Under the pieces are notes generated by a model. The model was not told where the DNA came from, searched no databases, and saw nothing but the letters and a program-made list of their open reading frames with translations. Shown in pieces: positions 46,471-57,956 of a stretch of 64,000 nucleotides of DNA. Source of the stretch: Clostridia bacterium (GTDB taxonomy: Bacteria; Bacillota; Clostridia; Oscillospirales; CAG-272); NCBI GenBank assembly GCA_017461475.1, contig JAFTXX010000002.1, positions 17,127 through 81,126 on the forward strand. The letters run 5' to 3'. Each line of letters begins with the position of its first letter. Position 1 is the first letter of the stretch. The translations under genes and the position numbers were made by a program.

Positions 46471-46586
46471 TTAAGAAGTTTGCTGAACTCATTAACGCTG
46501 TTGCTAAGGCGGGCGCATATGAGGCTTCTGCCGGTTTCACCTACCAGCCTGAAGTTCCCGCTTGCCTCATGGACAACGAGGACTAA
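46467..46586 (+). CDS. agrD: AgrD-like cyclic autoinducing-peptide precursor (39 aa; not in the ORF track)
   Basis: The ATG overlaps the agrB stop (ATGA) and an AAAGGAGAAAA ribosome-binding site lies upstream. Translation: MIKKFAELINAVAKAGAYEASAGFTYQPEVPACLMDNED. It has an amphipathic N-terminus, a YQPEVP recognition motif and an acidic tail. The terminator lies 17 nt downstream. Confidence 0.8.
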   Translation: MIKKFAELINAVAKAGAYEASAGFTYQPEVPACLMDNED

Positions 46587-46602
46587 TCCGAAATCGACAC
46601 AC

Positions 46603-46637
46603 AAAAAGCCGATACCCATGCGGGTATCGGCTTTTTG
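46603..46637. terminator. bidirectional intrinsic terminator
   Basis: AAAA-gccgataccc-atgc-gggtatcggc-TTTTT between agrD and the convergent gene. Confidence 0.8.
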
Positions 46638-46680
46638 CTTATTAATGCGGATGAAATTGTATGCCCGGCTAATCATCACC

Positions 46681-47022
46681 TTATCCTCTATACCGATCCA
46701 CTGCTTCGCGGAATCTGTCAAGGAAACTTTCTTCACCCCAAGTGTTAAGTTTAAAAAACATAGCCTGCGAGCCGCCCGATGTTACAGCGCAAACCCTTAT
46801 GGTATTATCGCCCGTCTGCGTAAGCAAAACACTGAGACTAACGCGGTTGCCGCCCGCATAACTGTATCGCTCAAAAACACTCATTTCCGTCATGCCGTCA
46901 GCGTGTCGGTATGTACATCCGTCCTCATAACTCGCAGAAATACTCCCGTTCATTATCTCATCGTGAATATATCTCGAAAAATCCGAAAAATTTCCGTTTA
47001 CCGTACATTCATATTTAGCCAT
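46681..47022 (-). CDS. hypothetical 113-aa protein
   Basis: The ATG at 47022 is preceded by AAGGAGGA (MAKYECTVNG...). Confidence 0.55.
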   Translation of the reverse strand: MAKYECTVNGNFSDFSRYIHDEIMNGSISASYEDGCTYRHADGMTEMSVFERYSYAGGNRVSLSVLLTQTGDNTIRVCAVTSGGSQAMFFKLNTWGEESFLDRFREAVDRYRG

Positions 47023-47080
47023 ACCGAATCCTCCTTGATTGCCTATATTCATTATACAGCAGTTTCTGACATTTGTCTAT

Positions 47081-47110
47081 AAAAAAAGACCGCCGCGGCG
47101 GTCTTTTTTA
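47081..47110 (-). terminator. intrinsic terminator, probably for the spoIIA/sigF operon
   Basis: AAAAAA-agaccgcc-gc-ggcggtct-TTTTTT. Confidence 0.65.
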
Positions 47111-47133
47111 CTATAGTAAGTGTAAATTTAAGT

Positions 47134-47336
47134 GTAAATTAATGTTTAGCGTTCAAGCCAACATATCCCCGCAAGATCCTTCACTACGCTACGCTACGTT
47201 CGAGGATGACAAGCGTGGGTTGTTGCAATGCAATAAAATAAGGCTTTTTAGCACTTTGCTAAATCCCGCCCTTGTCATCCTTGAGCGCAAGCGAAGGATC
47301 TCGGGCGGAGATGTTAGTAGCATAAACAATTAAGCT
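47134..47336. repeat. family B palindromic element, copy 3
   Basis: gtaaattaatgtttagcg...aacatatccccgcaagatccttcactacgct...ttcgaggatgacaagcg...cccgcccttgtcatccttgagcg...gcgaaggatctcgggcggagatgtt...cataaacaattaagc. A short duplicated terminus, tgtaaattta, lies just upstream. Confidence 0.85.
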
Positions 47337-47350
47337 TTATCCCTATTTCA

Positions 47351-48082
47351 CTACGAACTCATTTCTTTTCTTAAAAACTCGATAAGCTTTTTTTCCTCGC
47401 GGGAAATCTTTACTTGCGAAAGACCCAACTGTTCGGCGGTGGATTGCTGTGACATATCGCGGTAATAGCGGAAGAGGACTATTTTTTGCCATAGTTCGGG
47501 CAGTTTGTTCAGCGCTTCGGTGAGCGACAGTTTTTCTATCATTTTTTCGCTTTCGTCCTTGGCAAACAGCGTGTTTTCAAGCGTGAAGTTTTCTTCGTCG
47601 CCGCAAAGCGGCTCAGAAAGAGATACGGCGGGGGACACGGCGCAGAGTGCGGCGGCGGCTTCTTCCGCGCCGACGCCGCATATCTCGGCGATTTCTTCTA
47701 TTCGCGGGGCGGTGCCGTTTTCGCTGATGTATTTTTCTTTCGCACGCATAAGCATTGCACCGAGTTTCTTTTGCGGACGGCAAATTTTTATCAGACCGTC
47801 GTCACGCAGAAATCTGCGTATTTCACCGAAAATAAGCGGCACTGCATAAGTAGAAAAAACTACTCCGCGCGAAAGGTCAAAACTGCGTATAGCCTTGAGC
47901 ATACCTATGTTTCCGATTTGTACAAGGTCCTCAAAGTCCACACCGCGGCCGTTGAATTTGCACGCGATACTTTGCACAAGTCCAGCGTTAAGTTTTACAA
48001 GTTCTTCCGTTGCGGATCGGTCTCCGCTTTGTGATAGACGAATAAGTTCAAGATTTTCAGAAAATTTTGCGGTCGATTCCAT
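47351..48082 (-). CDS. sigF: sporulation sigma factor F
   Basis: Group-3 sigma motifs (DLVQIGNIGMLKAIRSFD, YAVPLIFGEIRRFLRDDGLIK) in the conserved position after spoIIAA and spoIIAB. Confidence 0.85.
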   Translation of the reverse strand: MESTAKFSENLELIRLSQSGDRSATEELVKLNAGLVQSIACKFNGRGVDFEDLVQIGNIGMLKAIRSFDLSRGVVFSTYAVPLIFGEIRRFLRDDGLIKICRPQKKLGAMLMRAKEKYISENGTAPRIEEIAEICGVGAEEAAAALCAVSPAVSLSEPLCGDEENFTLENTLFAKDESEKMIEKLSLTEALNKLPELWQKIVLFRYYRDMSQQSTAEQLGLSQVKISREEKKLIEFLRKEMSS

Positions 48083-48087
48083 TAAAA

Positions 48088-48531
48088 TTACAATTCAAGA
48101 GGCGAAAGTTTTTTTGCAAGTGTGACCTTGGTGTACTTTCCCGGCACCGATTTCAGCGTGAGTTTGTCCATGAAACTTTCCATTACCGAAAAGCCCATTC
48201 CACTCCTCTCACCGCTTGAATCAGTGGTGTAAAGCGGAGTTTTCACAAGTTCTGTGTCCTCGATGCCGCACCCCTTGTCCTTTATTTCAATTTTCACGGT
48301 TCTGCAGTCGAAAATTTTAACCGTTATGTAAATTTCACCCTGCTTTTCACGGTATGCGTGTACAATGCAGTTGGTTATGGCTTCCGATACGGCACATTTT
48401 ATATCCGCAATTTCTTCTATAGTGGGATTGAGTTGTGCGCAAAACGCGCTTACCATTGCGCGTCCTACGCCCTCGTTGACCGAGAGCGCGGGAAGCGTAA
48501 GGCTCATTTTATTTATACAATTACTTTTCAT
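48088..48531 (-). CDS. spoIIAB: anti-sigma F factor (serine kinase)
   Basis: GHKL motifs (EAITNCIVHAY, DKGCGIED, GERSGMGFSV) and a size of 147 aa. Confidence 0.85.
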   Translation of the reverse strand: MKSNCINKMSLTLPALSVNEGVGRAMVSAFCAQLNPTIEEIADIKCAVSEAITNCIVHAYREKQGEIYITVKIFDCRTVKIEIKDKGCGIEDTELVKTPLYTTDSSGERSGMGFSVMESFMDKLTLKSVPGKYTKVTLAKKLSPLEL

Positions 48532-48877
48532 CTTCCGTTCCTTTCCGCGTTGTTCTGTACTCTATAGTCACTACCTTGCCAAGACCCGCAAGTTCGATTA
48601 TGCGTGCGACTCTGGTTGTCGGATTGATAAGTTTAAATGCCGCGCCTATTCTGTCTGCAGTGGATTTTCTACCCATTATTACGCCAAGTCCCGAACTGTC
48701 CATAAAATCGACGTTTGATAGGTCAAGTTCTACAAGTTTAGGCCTTGCGGATATCATTGCGTCATCAAGTTCATCTCTGAGCGCAAATGCTCCATGGTGG
48801 TCGATTTCCCCGACAATGGCGGCAAGAAGTGTGTCATCTTTGACTTCGGAAATTATACGTGCGTTTTTTCGAATCAT
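48521..48877 (-). CDS. spoIIAA: anti-sigma F factor antagonist (STAS domain)
   Basis: STAS motif VDFMDSSGLGVI with the phosphorylatable Ser. It overlaps spoIIAB by 11 nt. Confidence 0.85.
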   Translation of the reverse strand: MIRKNARIISEVKDDTLLAAIVGEIDHHGAFALRDELDDAMISARPKLVELDLSNVDFMDSSGLGVIMGRKSTADRIGAAFKLINPTTRVARIIELAGLGKVVTIEYRTTRKGTEDEK

Positions 48878-48929
48878 TTGTTTTTTCTTCCTTTCAACCT
48901 CTTTGCTATGAATTTTAGCATTACCCGAA

Positions 48930-48958
48930 GTCGAAACATGTAAATATCGTGTATCGAA
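48930..48958. promoter_or_regulatory. two Spo0A-box-like heptamers upstream of spoIIAA
   Basis: GTCGAAA (48930-48936) and TATCGAA (48952-48958). Each matches TGTCGAA at 6 of 7 positions. They lie 53-81 nt upstream of the spoIIAA start. Confidence 0.3.
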
Positions 48959-49034
48959 TTAAAAATTATTGAAAAAATTTTATTAGTGTGCTAAAATTGA
49001 AGAGTGAAAATTTCTTTTTAGAAAAGGAAATAGT

Positions 49035-50270
49035 ATGAAAAATAAATTCTTGGCAGTTTTTCTGTGCGTGTTTTTTTTGTTTGCCGTTACTGCTTGTTCA
49101 AACGGCGAAGATACTGTTACGGTGACTAACATTCATAGCGAAGACGAACCTATTGCACCGATAGAGGGTATCGTCAGCACTGATATGCCAAAAGAAACGC
49201 GTATAAGCGTTCTTGCTGTTGGCGACAACATCCCCCACGATTCTGTTATCAACACCGCAAAAGAGGATGCCGCAAGCGACGAAACATATGATTTTTCTAA
49301 GATTTATGCAGGAATCGCGGATGAAGTATCTGCCGCGGATATCGCATTTATCAATCAGGAGTCGCCCGTTGGCGGCGCGGCTTTAGGCATTGCAGGATAC
49401 CCAAATTTCAACGCGCCAAACGAAATGATTGAAGAACTTATAGATATAGGCTTTGACGTTTTCAATATCGCAAACAATCATATGCTCGATAAGGGCGAAA
49501 AGGGTTATGTCAATACGGTAGAATATTTCAACACACTTCCCGTAACTATGATAGGCGGATACACAAAGAGCGATTATGACAGCATCCGCATAGTCGAAAA
49601 AGACGGCGTAAAGATAGCGTTTTTGTCCTACACGACCATTGTCAACGAAGGACACAAAAACGATATTTCAAGCACAAGCCAATATATCATCCCGTATGCG
49701 GATACAGAGGATATAACGCGCCATGTGACACTTGCAAAAGAGCAGGCGGATGTGGTGATAGTATCCATGCACTGGGGAAGTGAAGGCGTGTTTACGGTAA
49801 CAAACGAGCAGCGCAAATATGCAAAACTCTGCGCAGACCTCGGCGTTGACGTTGTGCTTGGCCACCATCCTCACGTAGTCGGTGACGTTGAATGGGTCGA
49901 GGGCGAGAGCGGAAACAAAACGCTTGTCGCGTATTCGCTCGGCAACTTCTGTTCCTCGCAACTTTATTCATATAATATGGTCGGCGAAATGCTGAAGTTT
50001 GACATAGTCAAAAGCGCAGACGGCACTTTAGGCATTGAGAATGTAACAGTCGACCCCGTGGTATGCCATTACAAGACCGATACTTCCAAAAAGGACAATC
50101 AAAACCTTCATGTGCGCTACGAAGTGCGCATGTACATGATGAGCGATTACACCGAGGAACTGGCTTCATCTCACGGCTCGCAAAACTGGGGCAGATTTAC
50201 GTTTAATACTCTTAAAGAGTATCTGACAAGCGCAAATTACGCAAACATTTCCGAAGAATTTATGAAATAA
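49035..50270 (+). CDS. CapA-family metallophosphatase-like lipoprotein
   Basis: Lipobox FAVTAC, with the motifs GDN..HD, NNH, SMHWGSEG and GHHPHV. Confidence 0.8.
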   Translation: MKNKFLAVFLCVFFLFAVTACSNGEDTVTVTNIHSEDEPIAPIEGIVSTDMPKETRISVLAVGDNIPHDSVINTAKEDAASDETYDFSKIYAGIADEVSAADIAFINQESPVGGAALGIAGYPNFNAPNEMIEELIDIGFDVFNIANNHMLDKGEKGYVNTVEYFNTLPVTMIGGYTKSDYDSIRIVEKDGVKIAFLSYTTIVNEGHKNDISSTSQYIIPYADTEDITRHVTLAKEQADVVIVSMHWGSEGVFTVTNEQRKYAKLCADLGVDVVLGHHPHVVGDVEWVEGESGNKTLVAYSLGNFCSSQLYSYNMVGEMLKFDIVKSADGTLGIENVTVDPVVCHYKTDTSKKDNQNLHVRYEVRMYMMSDYTEELASSHGSQNWGRFTFNTLKEYLTSANYANISEEFMK

Positions 50271-50308
50271 AAAACAATACCGCGTTCGACGAACGCGGTA
50301 TTGTTTTA
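50271..50308. terminator. bidirectional intrinsic terminator
   Basis: AAAAA-caataccgcgttcg-a-cgaacgcggtattg-TTTT. Confidence 0.8.
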
Positions 50309-51466
50309 TCCTTTAATATACAGTTTTTTGTCTCCGACAAGGCTTTCGCATAACTTTTGATATTCTGCCTTGGCGTTTTCTGTTCCGTCGCCCTTTTTAA
50401 TGGCGCGGAGCAGAATGTTTTTCGGAGTATCGTCAGGGTCGGTGAGTTCAAGTGCGGTAACATCGTAGCCGTGTGCAGAAAGTCTTTCAAGCCTCATTGC
50501 ATCGGTTAATGCGTCGCACAGTTTCTTTTTAAGCATCGGATACTTCGTTACAAATTCAAATGCGTCGGTATCAATGTTTTGCAAAAGTTCTTTTTGACAG
50601 CAGGGGGTTGAAAGAATTACTTTTGCTTTAAGTTCGATTGCCTTTGTAAGTACGATATCGGTTGCAATGTCGCACGCATGGAGCGATACGACAAGGTGAA
50701 CAGGCATTTTGTATTCGTAGTCGTCGATGTTGCATGCGTAAAAGCGGAGACCCGAGTAACCGAGATTTTCCGCGGTGTTACTGCAAAACTCGATAACATC
50801 TTTTTTGAGGTCTATGCCGACCATGTTTACCTTGCGGTTCATGGTAACGGTGAGGTAGTGATATACCGCAAAACTGAGATAGCTTTTTCCGCAGCAAAGG
50901 TCAAGAACATTGAGTTCTCCGTCGCTCGGCAGATATTTGTATACCTCTGCAATATGCTCGGTGAAGCGGTTAATCTGGCGGAATTTAGCCTGCTTTTTGT
51001 CATAAACTCTGCCGTTTTTATCCGAAATTCCGAGTTCAAACATAAACGGTTCGCTGCCGTCAAACGCATATGCTTTTGCACGGTTGTGCGCTTTGATTTC
51101 TATTTTTTTACCGTAGTTTTCGACTGCACTCAAAAACTTTTTTTCGCCGATTATAGTCTCACTGCCGCTTTTTGACTTGCGGTATTCCGCATCGGCGCCG
51201 TCGCCGATAAGGTTTATCTGCGAAAACTGTGCAATAGTTTCGCAAATCGAAATGTCGTCTGCACTGAAATTCTGATGCAACGCCTTACCGTCTTTTCTGA
51301 GTGTTTCTATCTGTATCATTATGTCACCGCCGCGCTCAAAAAGAGTAGCGGTAGCACGGACGGTTTCTTTGTCGGCACACTTTGAAAAAACGGCTTTTTT
51401 TAGAAACCTCTTTTTTGAAGCCAGAGATATTAAATTAAATAACTGCTTTGAAACATCTGTTGGCAT
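50306..51466 (-). CDS. SAM-dependent methyltransferase
   Basis: Motif I VLDLCCGKSYLS and the post-I acidic GIDL. Confidence 0.7.
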   Translation of the reverse strand: MPTDVSKQLFNLISLASKKRFLKKAVFSKCADKETVRATATLFERGGDIMIQIETLRKDGKALHQNFSADDISICETIAQFSQINLIGDGADAEYRKSKSGSETIIGEKKFLSAVENYGKKIEIKAHNRAKAYAFDGSEPFMFELGISDKNGRVYDKKQAKFRQINRFTEHIAEVYKYLPSDGELNVLDLCCGKSYLSFAVYHYLTVTMNRKVNMVGIDLKKDVIEFCSNTAENLGYSGLRFYACNIDDYEYKMPVHLVVSLHACDIATDIVLTKAIELKAKVILSTPCCQKELLQNIDTDAFEFVTKYPMLKKKLCDALTDAMRLERLSAHGYDVTALELTDPDDTPKNILLRAIKKGDGTENAKAEYQKLCESLVGDKKLYIKG

Positions 51467-52134
51467 TATTTTTTATCCTTGTTCTTTTTTGAAAGAGAGA
51501 TCTTGTTTTCTGTATGATTTAAGAGACGCTTGAGATTTTCACGGTGCATAAATATAACCACAGCGGCGGTCATAAAACTGAACAGCACAGGGAAACCCGT
51601 ACCCCATGTGGCAAGTTTAAATGTTACGATAGGATAAAGCATACAGCAAATTACAGAGCCGAGTGAAACATATTTTGTTGTGATTACTAAACCTAAGAAG
51701 ACCACAAAAAGTATCAAGAAACAAACAGGGTCGAGCGTCAAAACCATTGCTGCGAGAGTAGCGACGCCTTTACCGCCTTTGAATTTGAAGAAAACGGGGA
51801 ATATATGACCGAACATGCAGAAAAAGCCTGCCATATATCCGCCTATGTAACTAAACGTAAGCCAACCTATACCGACAGCAACTGTAGCCTTTAACATATC
51901 GCAAAGAAGTGTGCCGAGCCCTGCAACTTTACCGTATGTGCGAAGCATATTTGTCATACCGGCGTTACCGCTGCCGTACTTTCTTATGTCGTCATGGTAG
52001 AATATTTTAGATATAACAAGAGCAAAATTAACACTGCCTAGCAGATAGGGAATTATGATGCAGATTAAAACACAGATTGCGGTGGCAAGATATTCGTTTA
52101 TTTGATCGACAAGCAGTTCATATAATGTAGTCAT
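51466..52134 (-). CDS. plsY: glycerol-3-phosphate acyltransferase
   Basis: GSGNAGMTN and FKGGKGVAT motifs in a polytopic ~220-aa protein. Confidence 0.9.
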   Translation of the reverse strand: MTTLYELLVDQINEYLATAICVLICIIIPYLLGSVNFALVISKIFYHDDIRKYGSGNAGMTNMLRTYGKVAGLGTLLCDMLKATVAVGIGWLTFSYIGGYMAGFFCMFGHIFPVFFKFKGGKGVATLAAMVLTLDPVCFLILFVVFLGLVITTKYVSLGSVICCMLYPIVTFKLATWGTGFPVLFSFMTAAVVIFMHRENLKRLLNHTENKISLSKKNKDKK

Positions 52135-52144
52135 TTTATTAACC

Positions 52145-52387
52145 TCACTTGGTAAACAGATTTCTGAGTCTTGTTTTCATTTCACTTTTTTTGTTTTCGG
52201 TTTCTTCGCTCAAAACTTCAACCGATACAACTTCGCCGTTTTCATTTATGGTGGCATTTATAATGTCACTTTCTTTGATGTCGGCGATTTTTTCACACAT
52301 GGTATATTCTTCGCCGTCACTTGAAAAGGCGATTACCGTACCTTCTTCAATACGGTCGACATGCAGTTTTTTGATTTCCGTACTCAT
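52145..52387 (-). CDS. small DUF3006-like protein
   Basis: 80 aa. The pattern VDRIEEGTVIAF...GEVVSVEVL...RLRNLF resembles DUF3006. Confidence 0.45.
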   Translation of the reverse strand: MSTEIKKLHVDRIEEGTVIAFSSDGEEYTMCEKIADIKESDIINATINENGEVVSVEVLSEETENKKSEMKTRLRNLFTK

Positions 52388-52466
52388 TTTTACCTCGTAT
52401 AATTATGAAATTACTATAACAGTATAACATATATTTTTCAAAAATAAAAGAAAAATCTCATATTAA

Positions 52467-55070
<2,604 letters not shown>

Positions 55071-55132
55071 TATTATACCTCGCATAATTATTGTTTTATA
55101 ACAGTATATGCATTTTACAAAGCTGGAAACAC

Positions 55133-55873
55133 ATGAAAGAGATACAAAGAATTTTAAGTTATGTCAGACGTGCGTCCGACGACTATGCTATGATAGAAGA
55201 CGGAGACCGCATCTGCGTCGGCGTTTCCGCGGGTAAAGATTCGCTTACTTTACTTGTTGCACTTGCGGAACTTCGCCGCTTTTATTCAAAAAAATATACG
55301 CTTTGTGCCGCCACTGTAGACCTTGGTTTTGAAGGCGCGGATTATTCGGAGATTGCCGAACTTTGCAGACGGCTTAATATTGAATATAAGATAGTTGAAA
55401 CTCAGATAGGCAAGGTCGTATTTGACATCAGAAAAGAGAGTAATCCATGCTCGCTTTGCGCAAAAATGCGCCGCGGTGCGCTGCACAATGCCGCTAAAGA
55501 AATGGGGTGCAATAAGGTTGCACTCGGGCATCATTTTGATGACACGGTTGAAACGTTTATGCTCAATTTGTTTTATGAAGGTCGCATAGGTTGTTATTCT
55601 CCCGTGACATATCTTTCAAACACCGACATTTATCTTATCAGACCTATGATTTATGTTCCGGAAAAGATAGTTCGTTATTTTGCAAACAGGGCGGCGTTAC
55701 CCGTTGCCGAGAGCAAATGTCCGGCGGATAAAAACACCGAGCGCGAGAATATGAAGCAGTTGCTTCGTGAACTTGAAAAAGATAATAAAGGGTTGCGCCA
55801 CCGAATTTTCGGCGCTATACAAAAGGGCAATGTAGACGGCTTTAAGGAAGTCGGACGATTGCCGAACGACTGA
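55133..55873 (+). CDS. PP-loop ATP-pyrophosphatase (TtcA/tRNA thiolation-like)
   Basis: The PP-loop SAGKDS, CSLCAKMRRG and GHHFDD. Confidence 0.75.
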   Translation: MKEIQRILSYVRRASDDYAMIEDGDRICVGVSAGKDSLTLLVALAELRRFYSKKYTLCAATVDLGFEGADYSEIAELCRRLNIEYKIVETQIGKVVFDIRKESNPCSLCAKMRRGALHNAAKEMGCNKVALGHHFDDTVETFMLNLFYEGRIGCYSPVTYLSNTDIYLIRPMIYVPEKIVRYFANRAALPVAESKCPADKNTERENMKQLLRELEKDNKGLRHRIFGAIQKGNVDGFKEVGRLPND

Positions 55874-55889
55874 AGTTAGGAGAGACAAT

Positions 55890-56846
55890 ATGAAAATATC
55901 TGTTATAGGCGCAGGAAGATGGGGTTCTTATATAGCATGGTACCTCGACAGCATCGGACATGAGGTAAAGTTGTACGGTCCTGCGGATACTCCGCAGATG
56001 ATAGAATTTACAAATACACGTTCAAACGGACTTATTACGCTTGGCGAAAGTATCAAACTTGTGTATGATATCAATGATATTAAGGATGCGGAGACGGTAA
56101 TCATCTCCATACCGTCGCAGGCATTGCGCGGACTTGTCGGCGAACTTTGCGAGGCGGGTATAACTGATAAAAATTATGTTCTTTGTATGAAAGGCATTGA
56201 AATTGAAACAGGGCTTCGCTTAAGTCAGATAGCGGAGAGCGGTTTGAACAGCAAAAATGTTGCTGTTTGGATAGGCCCCGGTCATGTACAGGAATTTTAC
56301 CGCGGTGTGCCTAACTGCATGGTTATAGACTCAAACAATGATGAACTTAAACGTAAACTTGTTGATGAGTTTTCAAGCAAACTCATTCGCTTTTATTACG
56401 GAAGCGACCTTCTCGGCAACGAAGTAGGAGCAGCGGCGAAGAATGTTATAGGTATTGCGGCGGGTATGCTTGACGGATATGGACTTTCTTCACTTAAAGG
56501 CGCTCTTATGGCGCGAGGCGCAAGAGAAGTTGCGCGTCTTATAAAGGCTATGGGCGGCAACGAACTTTCAGCATACGGTCTGTGCCACCTCGGCGACTAC
56601 GAAGCTACTGTTTTTTCAAAATTCAGTCACAATCGCCAGTTCGGGGAGTCGTTTGTAAAAGGCGAAAAGTTTGAAAGCCTTGCCGAGGGATATTATACCG
56701 CGAAGGCTATGATAAATCTAAGTAAAAAATACAGTGTGGACTTGCCGATTACAAATGCTGTATACGACATCTTGTATAACGGCGCTGAACCGCAGAAGAC
56801 CCTGCATTCGCTTTTTGAAAGACAAATCAAAGAGGAACTTATGTAA
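55890..56846 (+). CDS. gpsA: NAD(P)H-dependent glycerol-3-phosphate dehydrogenase
   Basis: N-terminal MKISVIGAGRWGS Rossmann motif and the KG(I/L)E and GPGHVQE-type motifs. Confidence 0.85.
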   Translation: MKISVIGAGRWGSYIAWYLDSIGHEVKLYGPADTPQMIEFTNTRSNGLITLGESIKLVYDINDIKDAETVIISIPSQALRGLVGELCEAGITDKNYVLCMKGIEIETGLRLSQIAESGLNSKNVAVWIGPGHVQEFYRGVPNCMVIDSNNDELKRKLVDEFSSKLIRFYYGSDLLGNEVGAAAKNVIGIAAGMLDGYGLSSLKGALMARGAREVARLIKAMGGNELSAYGLCHLGDYEATVFSKFSHNRQFGESFVKGEKFESLAEGYYTAKAMINLSKKYSVDLPITNAVYDILYNGAEPQKTLHSLFERQIKEELM

Positions 56847-57175
56847 TGGGATTCTTTTCGAGATTTTCAAAGAAAGACCCGTCCTCGCTTGCGTTTAAGC
56901 GCAATATGGCGCAGATGATAAGTGATAAGCGAATCAAGTATGTCGGAGAGAAGATATACGGAGTAGAGGAGATTATAGGTAAGGGCGGAAGTATTTCGAT
57001 TCGTGATGATGAAATACTTGTGTTCTCTTCTGCTGATGTCTTGCTTCGTGCAAAAATTGCGGATATGAATGCCGCTGAATTGCTTTCAAAGGACGGTGTA
57101 ATTATCACAGCTCCCGACCTTGAACGCGGCGGAGAAGTACGAACCATAGTGGTTTATTACGTATATTACAGATAA
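56846..57175 (+). CDS. hypothetical 109-aa protein
   Basis: The ATG overlaps the gpsA stop (TAATG). I recognise no motif. Confidence 0.45.
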   Translation: MGFFSRFSKKDPSSLAFKRNMAQMISDKRIKYVGEKIYGVEEIIGKGGSISIRDDEILVFSSADVLLRAKIADMNAAELLSKDGVIITAPDLERGGEVRTIVVYYVYYR

Positions 57176-57185
57176 AGGAAACGTT

Positions 57186-57956
57186 ATGGCTAAACTTTTT
57201 GACAAAATAAAAAAAGTCATATACGCCGCGCTCGGTCACAAAAATTTTGTAAGCGCTGTTGTTTTGGCAGGCGGAAGTGGAACGCGCGTTGGCGGCGACA
57301 AGACTAAGCAAATGATTGAAATTTGCGATATGCCGCTCATTGTTCATACTTTGCTCGCTTTTCAGAAAAGTGAGTATATTAATGAGATAGTCGTCGTTGC
57401 AAAAAAAGAAGAACTCCTTCTGTACGAGCTATTTAAAAAGGAATATAAACTTACAAAAATTTCTCGCATTGTTGAGGGCGGAGATACTCGTCAACAATCT
57501 GCTAAAAAAGGTTTTGATGCAATAAGTGCGGAGTCTGATTATGTTGCAATACATGACGGCGCACGCGCCTTGATAACTTGTGAGCAGATAAAAGCGGTGG
57601 TAATGAGTGCGCTTGCACACGGTTCGGCTATCGCGGCTGCACGCGCTACCGATACTATCAAGTATTCCGAAGGTTTTAAAATTTCGCAAACTGTACCGCG
57701 TGAGAACATCTGGCAGGCACAGACCCCACAGATCTTCCGTGACGAGATTTACCGTGCTGCTGTGTATACTGCCGAAAAAGAAGGATTCGAAGGAACCGAC
57801 GACTCGTCTTTGGTTGAACACATCGGACTTCCCGTATATCTTGTTGACACGGGCGCTGACAATTTTAAAGTAACATTCAAGAGTGATATTTTGCGCGCGG
57901 AGCAAATTTTGCTTGAAAGAAAGGAAAAGACAAATGCGGATAGGGCAGGGGTATGA
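57186..57956 (+). CDS. ispD: 2-C-methyl-D-erythritol 4-phosphate cytidylyltransferase
   Basis: [24 protein letters not shown] and IHDGAR motifs. Confidence 0.88.
   Translation: MAKLFDKIKKVIYAALGHKNFVSAVVLAGGSGTRVGGDKTKQMIEICDMPLIVHTLLAFQKSEYINEIVVVAKKEELLLYELFKKEYKLTKISRIVEGGDTRQQSAKKGFDAISAESDYVAIHDGARALITCEQIKAVVMSALAHGSAIAAARATDTIKYSEGFKISQTVPRENIWQAQTPQIFRDEIYRAAVYTAEKEGFEGTDDSSLVEHIGLPVYLVDTGADNFKVTFKSDILRAEQILLERKEKTNADRAGV

Noticed and set aside
46480-47082. 200-aa + strand ORF downstream of agrB.
   Set aside because: It starts inside agrD in another frame, reads through the bidirectional terminator at 46603-46637 and lies antisense to the gene at 46681-47022. It has no ribosome-binding site.
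47073-47333. 86-aa + strand ORF (…SPQDPSLRYATFEDDKRG…VILERKRRISGGDV…).
   Set aside because: It lies entirely within family B repeat copy 3. The other copies are interrupted by stops or indels in the same frame, so it is a translation artefact of a palindromic repeat.
5671-47336. Whether the recurring intergenic repeats could form a CRISPR array.
   Set aside because: Copies are kilobases apart and 100-250 bp long, internally palindromic and not separated by regular short spacers. There are no cas genes in the window.
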